A DNA stretch of 64,000 nt from Escherichia phage vB_EcoM_TH18: sequence record ON075799, one strand, 5' to 3'. Numbering within the stretch: position 1 is the first letter of the stretch; each line of letters begins with the position of its first letter. The notes beneath the pieces are model-generated. The model worked only from the letters and a program-made list of their open reading frames with translations. It was not told where the DNA came from and did not search any database. Shown here in pieces: positions 29,511 to 38,467 of the stretch. Both the position numbers and the translations under genes were made by a program.

Positions 29511-30196
29511 TCGTCCTCTTCCTCTGTTTCATCTAGATAACCCAGACATTCGATACCGAAATCAACATCTGTTATTTCTCCTGTTGCTGTGTCCACACGC
29601 CCAGAGCACTGGATGCTTAAACCACCAACAACATTTGCTTTTTTCAAATTCCACAAATCAGGATCATTATACTTAACCTTGGCTACCCATGTTCCTGCTT
29701 TAATTATCTGTTCCGTCCCAATGACCACAACATCCAGTTCTTCTTGAATCCAAGTTTTTTCAATAGTGAATGCATCAGTCTCGCTAAGATGGAATAAATT
29801 TTCTTTCACCAAACCAGCAGCGAGTGCCTTATCGTAGGATTCTTTTGCCTTTACTATCGTTTCAGGAGACATCCACTCTCCATGGGCATCCTTAGTATTT
29901 GGCTCATAAATAACCTCATAAGAGATCATTTGTTCCGCATCTTTTTGGATATTAACTACAGATGTTTCTTTATTAAGACTCTTTTTAATATTTAGAGATA
30001 AAACTCTCTCAGAAGCCTTTTCTACAGAGATTCCTGGAGAATGGCCTGAAGCAATCAGGCCATTAGCGATATTCAGTATCTTGCTCTTTTGAACAAGAGA
30101 CAGATCAGATACTGATGAAGGAAGGTCTTTAATGCTTTTAAATTTCATTATTTCCCCATTAACAGTTATTTTAACATCGTTCTTTTTCTTTTGCAA
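29507..30196 (-). CDS. Prohead protease-like / head maturation protein (229 aa)
   Basis: Position between portal and scaffold; acidic C-terminal tail; function by position only. Confidence 0.35.
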   Translation of the reverse strand: MQKKKNDVKITVNGEIMKFKSIKDLPSSVSDLSLVQKSKILNIANGLIASGHSPGISVEKASERVLSLNIKKSLNKETSVVNIQKDAEQMISYEVIYEPNTKDAHGEWMSPETIVKAKESYDKALAAGLVKENLFHLSETDAFTIEKTWIQEELDVVVIGTEQIIKAGTWVAKVKYNDPDLWNLKKANVVGGLSIQCSGRVDTATGEITDVDFGIECLGYLDETEEEDE

Positions 30197-30217
30197 GTTA
30201 TTTCAGAAGGTTGGGTG

Positions 30218-31759
30218 TTAATTCTCTAAATTAGAAACAGAATTATCCCTCACTGTTGATATTTTTGATGTTCCGTTACCTGTTGACCCCGGAGTCATCC
30301 CATCCCCAGAACGACTTACATCCTGACCAAGAATTTGCAACAACTCCTCAAGATCCATATCTTCTGGGATTTCTTCGTCAAAACCACCAACCTCAAGAAT
30401 TTTATTAATAACTGTAGGTGTTTTAGGCAAATATCCAACAGCACCGATACGCTGAACAAATTTAGAGAATCCTTCCATATCAACTTCTTGAATAAGCCCA
30501 GGTTTTAATCTTGGCATATCTTCGTCAGATAATCTTATATCATTCAAAGCAAGAAGTTGGGGTATTAAGTTCTTATTGAACGCCTCGGTAATAATATCAA
30601 TATCTCTCTGGACAAAATGACCATGGATAGTTTGTTTTGATTCTGAAAGATTATAAGATCCCTGCCCGTCGTTACCTAAGTTAATAAACCCAGCACCAAA
30701 GCGATCAAGAATAGCCTTCTTACGAGAATTAACAAGCTCTTGAGTGCTGTATTGTTTACCTGCCCCATCTATCCCTTTGAGAGACATTTCATATTGTTTA
30801 CCACCTTGGTTATTGAGATCAGATGGTAAAATAAAGTAGGCTTGTTCTCCAGCATGTGCGTTAGCAGCATCTGCCATTAGTCCTTGCACCATAGCAGCTT
30901 CTGGTGATGTTGGGTCTATTGCTGCTTTATTAAGGATCTGGGAAGGTATTTTAAGTTCTATGATGCCACCAAGATCTTTAGATGCCCCAATAGTCTCCAA
31001 ATTTTCTATAAGGATCTTCTCTCGGAATGCCCTATAACAACCTACTAACGGTGATACCCCAGCCGGGTTGGATTCCGTACCTCCCAAACTCATTATCATC
31101 AACTTATTAACTGGAATAAAAACATCATCACCATTAGTTAATTTACGGATAATGCTTAAAGTGTCACCTAGCATTCCGTTTTGTAAATTAGAGAAAGCCA
31201 AACTGCTTTGGTTAATGCCCTTCAGCGTCTTGCCATCGGCATCAAATACCCAAGGCTTTGATCTGGAAAGACTGCACTGCGGCCTGAATGCAATTTTATC
31301 AATCGTAATATACCCAGCATACCTTGAAGTATCTGGCTCAGTACGATAAACTTTTTCAAATATCGAAAACCCATACTCATTGAACGTTGCTGCGCTTCTG
31401 GCTATATCACGCAGAGTTTGTTGATTAGCAAGATTCTTCAGTGCATACTCCACAAACTCAGCAGCTTTCTTAGATTTTCTGCTATCTCTGTTATACAAGA
31501 TTTTAAAATCATTGAATGCTTTGGTTACAAAGACATATTTTGTATCAAGGGCTGTGGAAACTGTGTGGTCTTGCTTCATGGCTTCAACAGTGGCGATGAA
31601 ATTAGGCCATCTCAACTCCTTAACTTTCATAATCTCTGATTCAGCCCTAAGTTGAGAAAGAGCACCAGAGCCTAACTCCCCAGTGCGAAGACGACTAACA
31701 GCAAGTCTCTCATTACCTGCTTTAGAAATCTCTTCTTGTTGTGCAAATCTTGTTGACAC
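30218..31759 (-). CDS. Portal protein (513 aa)
   Basis: Size and position immediately downstream of large terminase. Confidence 0.6.
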   Translation of the reverse strand: MSTRFAQQEEISKAGNERLAVSRLRTGELGSGALSQLRAESEIMKVKELRWPNFIATVEAMKQDHTVSTALDTKYVFVTKAFNDFKILYNRDSRKSKKAAEFVEYALKNLANQQTLRDIARSAATFNEYGFSIFEKVYRTEPDTSRYAGYITIDKIAFRPQCSLSRSKPWVFDADGKTLKGINQSSLAFSNLQNGMLGDTLSIIRKLTNGDDVFIPVNKLMIMSLGGTESNPAGVSPLVGCYRAFREKILIENLETIGASKDLGGIIELKIPSQILNKAAIDPTSPEAAMVQGLMADAANAHAGEQAYFILPSDLNNQGGKQYEMSLKGIDGAGKQYSTQELVNSRKKAILDRFGAGFINLGNDGQGSYNLSESKQTIHGHFVQRDIDIITEAFNKNLIPQLLALNDIRLSDEDMPRLKPGLIQEVDMEGFSKFVQRIGAVGYLPKTPTVINKILEVGGFDEEIPEDMDLEELLQILGQDVSRSGDGMTPGSTGNGTSKISTVRDNSVSNLEN

Positions 31760-31774
31760 GAATTATCCCCTCTG

Positions 31775-32560
31775 TTATATTCTTTTATACAAGGTAGGAG
31801 CTACAATTTTTGGAATAACAACAGGTTTGACTATTTCTTCTTTTTCAAGATAATTTATCCCAGAAGAAATGGCGTCGACCCAATCGTCTTTTCTTGTCGT
31901 TGTACTCCTTTCCCCATTGAACTTTTCAAGCTCTGTCATAAGGGCTTCATAAGTTTTAGGATCAAAACTATCACGAACTATTCTCACCATACCTGCTTGA
32001 GCAAGTTTTGCAAAAGGTGTAAATCTTGTTAATTTTGATTTATTGGTTGGTGTAGGATCTTTTTCTACTGTAAATCCTTCCGCTATTAGTTCACGAGAGC
32101 TTGTTAAAAATTCACTTATTCCTGCTTGTCCTGGGTCAACACTGAAAATTATGGTAACATCATCACCATCAAAATAAGCCTGTTTCTTAATGATAACATC
32201 ACGTTCCCCAGCTTTTTTACAGAATCTCCCCTGCGTTTGAGTTGAATATCTACCATCATCAAAAAATTCAGGACAATAATCACCAGACAAATAGTAAAAG
32301 CCATCATTGTCTTTACTTACCTTAACAGATGCTGTAAAGTCAGGATATCTGTTTCCAGATGTTCTTTCTGTACCTGCTTTATCATACGGACGAACAGATA
32401 CAACACCGAGAGGTAAGCAGGGAACCTCTTTTAAATAAGATCTCTGGAAATAGTTTGCCCCTTCAGGTCTTGCGTTCCAGTTTCCATGCAATAACTGGGC
32501 TTTTTCTACCTCTGGAAGACCTTCAAGGAATGCTAGATAATCTGGGTTATTCTCCAGCAT
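31775..32560 (-). CDS. terL: Terminase large subunit, exon 3 (nuclease domain; 5-prime boundary approximate)
   Basis: Open frame continues upstream of the listed Met; acidic motif KDDWVDA near C-terminus; preceded by group I intron core. Confidence 0.6.
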   Translation of the reverse strand: MLENNPDYLAFLEGLPEVEKAQLLHGNWNARPEGANYFQRSYLKEVPCLPLGVVSVRPYDKAGTERTSGNRYPDFTASVKVSKDNDGFYYLSGDYCPEFFDDGRYSTQTQGRFCKKAGERDVIIKKQAYFDGDDVTIIFSVDPGQAGISEFLTSSRELIAEGFTVEKDPTPTNKSKLTRFTPFAKLAQAGMVRIVRDSFDPKTYEALMTELEKFNGERSTTTRKDDWVDAISSGINYLEKEEIVKPVVIPKIVAPTLYKRI

Positions 32561-33575
32561 GGGAGGATTATCGAATCCTTGTATTCAAGGTTGGACGCAA
32601 CGCCAACCCCCGCACCACTACGTGCTGCTGCATGTCACCATGCAGAGTAGACTATATCACCACCCACACATAATGGGTGCTTCGCTTTTCGAACGCCATT
32701 AGCTTGCGATCTACTCCCTTGCGGGATAGTCGTTGAACTACATTACCATTCATAGTTGTTTGAGATATAGATGTAAGTTTTTCTATCTTTTATTCTTCTA
32801 ACAAGATTAAAACTAACACCCCATTTTTTAGATATCTTATTAATGCTTAGGATACCGTCTCTCAGATCTTCACATATCCCTATAACTTTGGATTCACTAA
32901 TTCTGTTGGAAGAAGGAACCATCCTGAAATTAAACTCTTTAGAAATGTCTGGGTAGACTCTCCCAGCTTTGATACTACTAACCACAGTCTGCCCAATACC
33001 AAACATCTCACTGATATCCTTTACTCTAGCACCCTGCTCAAGTAATCTGCATATCTCAAGGGCAGTGTTATCATCAAGAGGCCTGTAACTGTTTACATAA
33101 GACTTCTTAAGCCCTATTTCATGTGCGTGATGTGTGCTTTCCTTTGCAGTTGTCCACTCAAGATTCCACGCTGCGTTATTAAGTTTGTTTCCATCTAAAT
33201 GGTTCACTTGAGTTTTTGTATCAGGGCTATCATTCTCGACAAAAGCAAAAGCAATAACCCTATGGACAAGAACTTGAAACTTTTTACCATCCTCACACAA
33301 CGTTAACATTGCATAGCCAGTTTTCTTATGGACATTAGGATGTAAAAATTTGTGGGAATACAAACTATAAATTCTTCCATCATACGTCGCACAATAATGG
33401 GAATACCCTAAAAATCCTAAATTTTTCATCTCAAACATTCTCCCTACTACAGTTTCGGAAAAGTAATTATAGCTGCTGATTGCCCTTATACAAAGGGTTT
33501 CCCAGCAATTAACGAAGTTATTCGACATGCATTACTGCATGAAGCCACTATTCTTTTAATGGTTGCGGAAATGAA
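32561..33575 (-). mobile_element. Group I intron 2 carrying an HNH homing endonuclease ORF (boundaries approximate)
   Basis: Minus-strand reading shows P-like AAUUGCUGGGAAA, P5 hairpin, Q-like AAUCAGCAGC upstream of ORF, and R-like GUUCAACGACUAUC plus S-like GAUAUAGUCU downstream, giving P7 pairing GACUA/UAGUC. Confidence 0.65.
32743..33438 (-). CDS. HNH homing endonuclease (232 aa from MFEMKNLGF…)
   Basis: Typical N-terminus (KNLGFLGY…YDGRIYS) and HNH motif VNHLDGNKLNNAAWNLEW; SD AGGGAGA upstream of Met; lies inside intron between P/Q and R/S elements. Confidence 0.75.
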   Translation of the reverse strand: MFEMKNLGFLGYSHYCATYDGRIYSLYSHKFLHPNVHKKTGYAMLTLCEDGKKFQVLVHRVIAFAFVENDSPDTKTQVNHLDGNKLNNAAWNLEWTTAKESTHHAHEIGLKKSYVNSYRPLDDNTALEICRLLEQGARVKDISEMFGIGQTVVSSIKAGRVYPDISKEFNFRMVPSSNRISESKVIGICEDLRDGILSINKISKKWGVSFNLVRRIKDRKTYIYISNNYEW

Positions 33576-33914
33576 GGAAAATGAAAGCGGTTTAGGCTTT
33601 CTTTTCTCATCCTTGCCATCCCAATACTTTTCAATTAATTCTTGCTCTGAGTCACCCCAGATAAATTCTCCGTCACGTCTTATAAACCATCTAATCACCC
33701 CATCTCGTTCAGGTATAGGATATCCCTCATCGTCTAAATACCAAGAAATCAACTCCTTAATCTTATGATCTGGATCAGGGTTACAAGAGATAACCATCCT
33801 GCTCGGATATTTAGAGTTTGAACGTAGACGAGATATCAGATAATCTATCTGTGACCATGTGAATTGTGTTCCCTCATCAAAGCCGATGAAGGTATACTGC
33901 AACTTATTGTCCCC
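33572..33914 (-). CDS. terL: Terminase large subunit, exon 2 (Walker B region; boundaries approximate)
   Basis: Hydrophobic stretch ending in FIGFDEGT (Walker B-like), then ISCNP (coupling-motif-like); no ATG start; flanked by intron cores. Confidence 0.6.
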
Positions 33915-34141
33915 TCAGTTCGCTACACTGAGGCGGTGTGCCAAGACACCCGCCACATGTTTCCATGTGGAACAGACTATATCTTCCATCCTTGGCGTGC
34001 CGTTTGGATCACCAATCGCTTGTGATTCTACTCTCCTACACTCATCGGAGATAGTCGTTACACCCAGATTTTATATTTCCATATTCTGTGGCACGGTATT
34101 TTCCCATAGGGAGTTCCACCGTTATAGGCACGAAGGGCAAG
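33903..34141 (-). mobile_element. Group I intron 1, ORF-less (boundaries approximate)
   Basis: Minus-strand reading contains R-like GUGUAACGACUAUC and S-like AAGAUAUAGUCU (near-consensus), several hairpins, no ORF; separates Walker A and Walker B coding segments. Confidence 0.6.
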
Positions 34142-35512
34142 CTATTCACCCTGATGATCTAATTTGTTATTCTCATACTCCATGTGTCTCCACAACACCT
34201 TTGCCCCAGATGGGAAAATTGCTTCCAGAGCTTTCTCCCTGAACTTCGGCTTCCATTCCTTATCGAGTTGCAAATAAATACTTTTTGCTGTATCAAAAAG
34301 CCCACCTGCACCTGTCAATTGAGGTGTTGTCCTACGAAACATTATACATGCTGTCTGCGGGTCATCGACATAAGCAAGCGGCATCAATTGTAGGAGATAT
34401 GATTTTCCACTATTCCCAGTGACAACCACACAATCTTCTAGTCTGGTAACAAAGAAACCTGTTTGTGTTACAAAGCAGTATTTAAACCCATCCGTAGGTA
34501 TAAACTCTTTAAACTCAGCTTTTCTGTCTTTATTAGCCAGTGACCTTAATCCTTTTCCTCTAGCCATAATATTAACAGTATAACTGTCCTTTCCACTTCT
34601 TGTATCATGGTTTATGGTGGTATTATAACCAAGAGAAGATCCTACAAACTGAACAAAATCAGCGTTCATCTTATGGACAGTAAAATATCTACCTGTAAAG
34701 CTGTTATGTGTTTTACCGCCATATGGCTTACAAAAAGAACCATCCCAATGAAAAATCTCATCAAGTATTATCTCCAGTTGTTCATTTGAACACTGATAGT
34801 ATTTCTCTGTAAATTTTTTATCAGGATATTTAGGCCATACAATAACCTCGTACTGTTCCCCAGTGGTATATCTTTCACTGGGTTTTGATCCTCTATCTTC
34901 ATATCTTAATCCAAACTTTTTACAAAGTTCGATTAAGCGGTCATATTTACGCTTTTTAGCAAAGCGCATCTGTGTATAATTATCTTTCCCTTCTTTAACA
35001 ACTCTCCCATCAGCCATGACAGCAACCTGAAGCCGTAATTCCCCTTCTGTCATGTCTATCCCAGGACCATCATAGTTAAATGTAGTTATGAACTTACCTG
35101 TCCAACCTTTTTTAACAGAGTTGTTATGTCTTTCTGCCACTTCAGAAAAAGAAAGTGTTCTTGGCTGTGATTTATAGTCTGGTTTATAAATCACAGTATG
35201 TTCGTCAGATAGCTCTTGACAAATGCCATTACCTTCTATTCTTGTAAGTTTTTCGCAAGGGAGTTTAACAAACTCTAAAGGGGGGATAAATTTAGCCTCC
35301 CCAGTGGCTTTGTCATATTGCAGAATGTCCTGCCCTGACCATTCTGATATCTTAATCCAGCCAGATGGTGTCAACACCTCGTGGTCTTTAGACAAACACC
35401 CGGCGGCCCCACCAATTATTAGAATTTGGGCTTTACTCTCCAAAATCATTTTTTGCTTAGGACTGGCAGGTCCAAATACTTTACTCAAAAGACCTCCATA
35501 TTTTCTATTCAT
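34142..35512 (-). CDS. terL: Terminase large subunit, exon 1 (N-terminal ATPase segment including in-frame intein)
   Basis: N-extein ends IIGGAAG; C-extein resumes SGKSYLL, restoring Walker A GGAAGSGKS. Confidence 0.7.
   Translation of the reverse strand: MNRKYGGLLSKVFGPASPKQKMILESKAQILIIGGAAGCLSKDHEVLTPSGWIKISEWSGQDILQYDKATGEAKFIPPLEFVKLPCEKLTRIEGNGICQELSDEHTVIYKPDYKSQPRTLSFSEVAERHNNSVKKGWTGKFITTFNYDGPGIDMTEGELRLQVAVMADGRVVKEGKDNYTQMRFAKKRKYDRLIELCKKFGLRYEDRGSKPSERYTTGEQYEVIVWPKYPDKKFTEKYYQCSNEQLEIILDEIFHWDGSFCKPYGGKTHNSFTGRYFTVHKMNADFVQFVGSSLGYNTTINHDTRSGKDSYTVNIMARGKGLRSLANKDRKAEFKEFIPTDGFKYCFVTQTGFFVTRLEDCVVVTGNSGKSYLLQLMPLAYVDDPQTACIMFRRTTPQLTGAGGLFDTAKSIYLQLDKEWKPKFREKALEAIFPSGAKVLWRHMEYENNKLDHQGE
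34412..35398 (-). mobile_element. Intein (about 329 aa) inserted in the terminase Walker A P-loop
   Basis: Begins CLSKDHEVLTPSGWIKISEW (intein block A-like), ends …VVTGN followed by Ser; size suggests nested endonuclease, with weak LAGLIDADG-like segments (AVMADGRV, ILDEIFHWDGS). Confidence 0.65.
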
Positions 35513-35583
35513 ACCATAGAGGGTAGTTTACCACGAATAACGATAAAAATAAAGCCCTTATCATTAAATAAGGGCATTGTCAA

Positions 35584-35877
35584 CTATTTATCTGAAGTAA
35601 ATATTGTCTTTACATACTGTTGTAGCGTTCTTAATTTCATACGATCTTCAGCAGCCTTAATGTTGTTTTTCTTGATCACCTCTATAGCATCCGCATTACT
35701 AAGACCACCTGGCAATTTTTCAGGTTCTTTCGGTGGTATCATAGCTTCAGCGGGTGGTCTTGCTAAGATATCGCTTATTATGATCTCTTTTGCAACAGGA
35801 ACAACTCTCTCAGGCGGTGAAGTGCACCCTGTTAACATCAATAATAGAAAAGGAACCATGATGACACACTTTTTCAT
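35584..35877 (-). CDS. o-spanin-like outer-membrane lipoprotein (97 aa)
   Basis: Signal peptide with lipobox-like LTGC, Pro-rich mature part; starts 4 nt inside upstream i-spanin-like gene. Confidence 0.55.
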   Translation of the reverse strand: MKKCVIMVPFLLLMLTGCTSPPERVVPVAKEIIISDILARPPAEAMIPPKEPEKLPGGLSNADAIEVIKKNNIKAAEDRMKLRTLQQYVKTIFTSDK

Positions 35878-36275
35878 TTCACCCCCAGACTATCGTTATA
35901 AATATCAACAAACTGGTTATCTAGGCAAACCTGTTTTCCTGCTTGTGTTTTGCTATAACTTTTAACCTTTTTATCAAGGTCTTCTTTCAGTTGGTTATTA
36001 ATTTCTCTCTCTTTCACCAACATGGTTGACAACTCATCGATCTTATCCTGCTGTTGTTTTTTAAAAGCGTTGTTGTGATCTCTAACTTGCTGGTTAATCC
36101 TCTCCCATTTAAGGTCAGTATCGCTGACACCTGCGTTGTAGGATGATGTTAACTGGTCATTATACCAATGCTTTATCTCCACAACACCCCAAACGAGCAT
36201 CACACAACACAAAACGACACCTATCTGTTTTATGTTCTTAGAAAAGAAAGTTAACAGCGTTTTAAACCATATCAT
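35874..36275 (-). CDS. i-spanin-like protein (133 aa)
   Basis: N-terminal transmembrane helix followed by charged coiled-coil region. Confidence 0.5.
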   Translation of the reverse strand: MIWFKTLLTFFSKNIKQIGVVLCCVMLVWGVVEIKHWYNDQLTSSYNAGVSDTDLKWERINQQVRDHNNAFKKQQQDKIDELSTMLVKEREINNQLKEDLDKKVKSYSKTQAGKQVCLDNQFVDIYNDSLGVK

Positions 36276-37609
36276 GATATATCACCATCACACTCAATAA
36301 TATTTTCAATCTTCAACGTTGTTTTTCTGTTTTCAGAAATACACAGACTATTAAAATTGCTAATATCGTACTGGATCTTAGATGTATCGCTTACAGAAAC
36401 CTCTAACAGAACTGCTCCAGGCTGATATATTGTAAACCCATAACTATCTCCCTCCCCGTTCTCACACAGAATTTTGTACTCTCCTCTTGCCTCCGCTTCA
36501 TCAACATAAAGTCTGAGAGTTGGAAAATTATTTGCTATATCTTCTTTGTGAAGCCCAACATGATGTTTATCTTTTGTTGGCATCATGAGATAGAAAACTT
36601 CCGCAGGACAAACTCCATATAGTTTTGTAAAATATTTCCTACCTGTTGCTTTTCTTAATCTTTGGAAAATACTGAACATATTAACTTTAGATACATCATT
36701 AAACGGCAACGGTTGCACAGGGGTAACATTTTTGTCTACCTGCTGGCAACAAGATTCTAATCTGTCTAGGAACTCAACCAAAGAATCAAGTGAAAACTGT
36801 TTTGTCTCATCAAAGATATCTGACAGTTTCATTCCGTACATCCCGCTAAGATGTGACTTTGCCGATTCCCAACTTTCTATCTGAAGGCTGGCAATAGCCA
36901 TAGCCAGTTTCATTGTCTCTTTTTTCGAAATTGTATAGCCACGAGATTTGTATTTTTCAGATCTCAAAAGTGATATAATCGGGTATTCAGTCTTATGATT
37001 TACAACTAAGACTCTTTGAGCAATATGTTTTAAGAAATTGCTATCAAATTCCCACACACCATCCTTGAAGTTAAAAGCGCCCATGTTGATTGTAAAATCA
37101 ACTTTGCTAAAGATATCTTCTGTTGTTTTGAACACATCCACAGCAACACACTGTAATACAGGATCCTGCCCAAAGTACAGCGTTACGCTCTTATCTGTCA
37201 CACCAACTCTGGTAAGATTTGGGAGATCATCTTCTTCAAGATGAAAATTTTCACATCTGGACAAAGGGTCTGTGAAACATAAATGCGTATCCTGCCCATT
37301 ATCAAGGTTATAAAAATACCTAAAAGTTCTTTTTTGATTTTCCCATCCGTTTGTCTGTGCGGTTAAATCATACTTTCCACTTAAAAGATTTTTATCCATC
37401 ATGTACGCAATGAATATCTCAAGATTTTCCCAAGATGGGAAATACAAATCAAGATCGTTGACTTTACTATTAGAGAACAAAGAGGTTATTGCCCCGCCAG
37501 CTATCTTAACATCCAGCTTCGACAATAAATCATAAACACCTTTTGGTATAAAAGAGCACAAAATGTCGTACTCTCTTTGAAAATCTTCTTTTTTGAAAAC
37601 ATGCAACAT
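36272..37609 (-). CDS. Pol-beta-superfamily nucleotidyltransferase-motif protein (about 445 aa from MLHVFKK…)
   Basis: Motif GGAITSLFSNSKVNDLDLY has the same G-G-x12-D-x-D spacing as the CCA-adding enzyme head-domain signature GGAVRD…DRD. Confidence 0.5.
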   Translation of the reverse strand: MLHVFKKEDFQREYDILCSFIPKGVYDLLSKLDVKIAGGAITSLFSNSKVNDLDLYFPSWENLEIFIAYMMDKNLLSGKYDLTAQTNGWENQKRTFRYFYNLDNGQDTHLCFTDPLSRCENFHLEEDDLPNLTRVGVTDKSVTLYFGQDPVLQCVAVDVFKTTEDIFSKVDFTINMGAFNFKDGVWEFDSNFLKHIAQRVLVVNHKTEYPIISLLRSEKYKSRGYTISKKETMKLAMAIASLQIESWESAKSHLSGMYGMKLSDIFDETKQFSLDSLVEFLDRLESCCQQVDKNVTPVQPLPFNDVSKVNMFSIFQRLRKATGRKYFTKLYGVCPAEVFYLMMPTKDKHHVGLHKEDIANNFPTLRLYVDEAEARGEYKILCENGEGDSYGFTIYQPGAVLLEVSVSDTSKIQYDISNFNSLCISENRKTTLKIENIIECDGDIS

Positions 37610-37814
37610 CTTAGCTATCCTTAAGTACAAAACAAGATGCGTAGAGACTAGCACATAAAGAAAAACCCCGCAAGAGGCGGGGTTAGGCATAGGAGAGGAG
37701 ATTGATTGGATTATTATTATAGTTATTTGAGAAAAGTGGCGAAGGAACCTTTACATGTCGAGAGTGTCTTACCGTTTACTCAGCCACGACCCTCCTTAGT
37801 GTCCACTTTAATTC

Positions 37815-37893
37815 TGGTTGCGAGTATTGGAATCGAACCTGCAATCTTCAGGGTATGAACCTAACATGGTAAATCCATTTCCACCAATCTGCA
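37815..37893 (-). tRNA. tRNA-like element, degenerate (possible anticodon CAU); likely pseudo-tRNA
   Basis: T-loop-like GGUUCGAUUCC and D-arm found, but acceptor and T stems pair poorly in hand fold. Confidence 0.25.
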
Positions 37894-37899
37894 ATAATT

Positions 37900-37975
37900 T
37901 GGTGTGACGGACAGGATTCGAACCTGTGACCACCTAGTCTTCAGCAAGGCACTCTACCAACTGAGTTACCGTCAC
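37900..37975 (-). tRNA. tRNA-Phe (anticodon GAA)
   Basis: Hand-folded cloverleaf: acceptor GUGACGG/CCGUCAC, T-arm ACAGG-UUCGAAU-CCUGU, anticodon loop CUGAAGA, CCA encoded. Confidence 0.75.
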
Positions 37976-37980
37976 ATAAT

Positions 37981-38057
37981 TGGTGGGCGATGAGGGACTC
38001 GAACCCCCAAAATTCAGGTTCTAAGCCTGACATGTATACCAATTCCATCAATCGCCC
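37981..38057 (-). tRNA. tRNA with anticodon UAG (Leu by anticodon) but class I architecture
   Basis: Acceptor GGGCGAU/AUCGCCC, anticodon arm UCAGG-CUUAGAA-CCUGA, 5-nt variable loop, A73, CCA encoded. Confidence 0.6.
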
Positions 38058-38305
38058 ATCTATATTAACAGTTATGGTTTTCCACGATACACAGAAATAG
38101 TTTTCCCATTAGCATTGATAACATAAGCGGTCTGATCCTCAGACAAAAACACTTTTTGATCAATGCCGGAAATAGCTATAGACTTTTGATGAGCACAATA
38201 CCCAACAATTTTCCCACAAAAAATTTGTTCATCATTTGGAGAGACGACTTTAACTGTTAACATGGTATCCTCTGTACATTTCTGCTTTGATATGTTTATG
38301 TTTGT

Positions 38306-38383
38306 TGGTCTGTCCGGTTGGATTTGAACCAACGACCTGGTCATCCCAAGTGACCCGCGCTACCCAAGCTGCGCTACGGACAG
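38306..38383 (-). tRNA. tRNA-Pro (anticodon UGG)
   Basis: Acceptor CUGUCCG/CGGACAG, anticodon loop CUUGGGA, T-arm GUUGG-UUCAAAU-CCAAC. Confidence 0.75.
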
Positions 38384-38467
38384 AGAAATGTAGATTTTAA
38401 TTGTCCCAGAATCTACTAACTGGTATCGCTGGCTAGGTGATATCTGTGACTTGATTAAGTCAAGAAT

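Noticed and set aside
32743-33528. HNH endonuclease as a sign of a transposon or integrative element
   Set aside because: No integrase, transposase or terminal inverted repeats; the ORF sits between group I intron core elements inside the terminase gene, so it is a homing endonuclease.
38072-38344. Minus-strand ORF (90 aa) between tRNAs
   Set aside because: N-terminal part overlaps tRNA-Pro; a shorter product from an internal Met is possible but has no clear SD; left unannotated.
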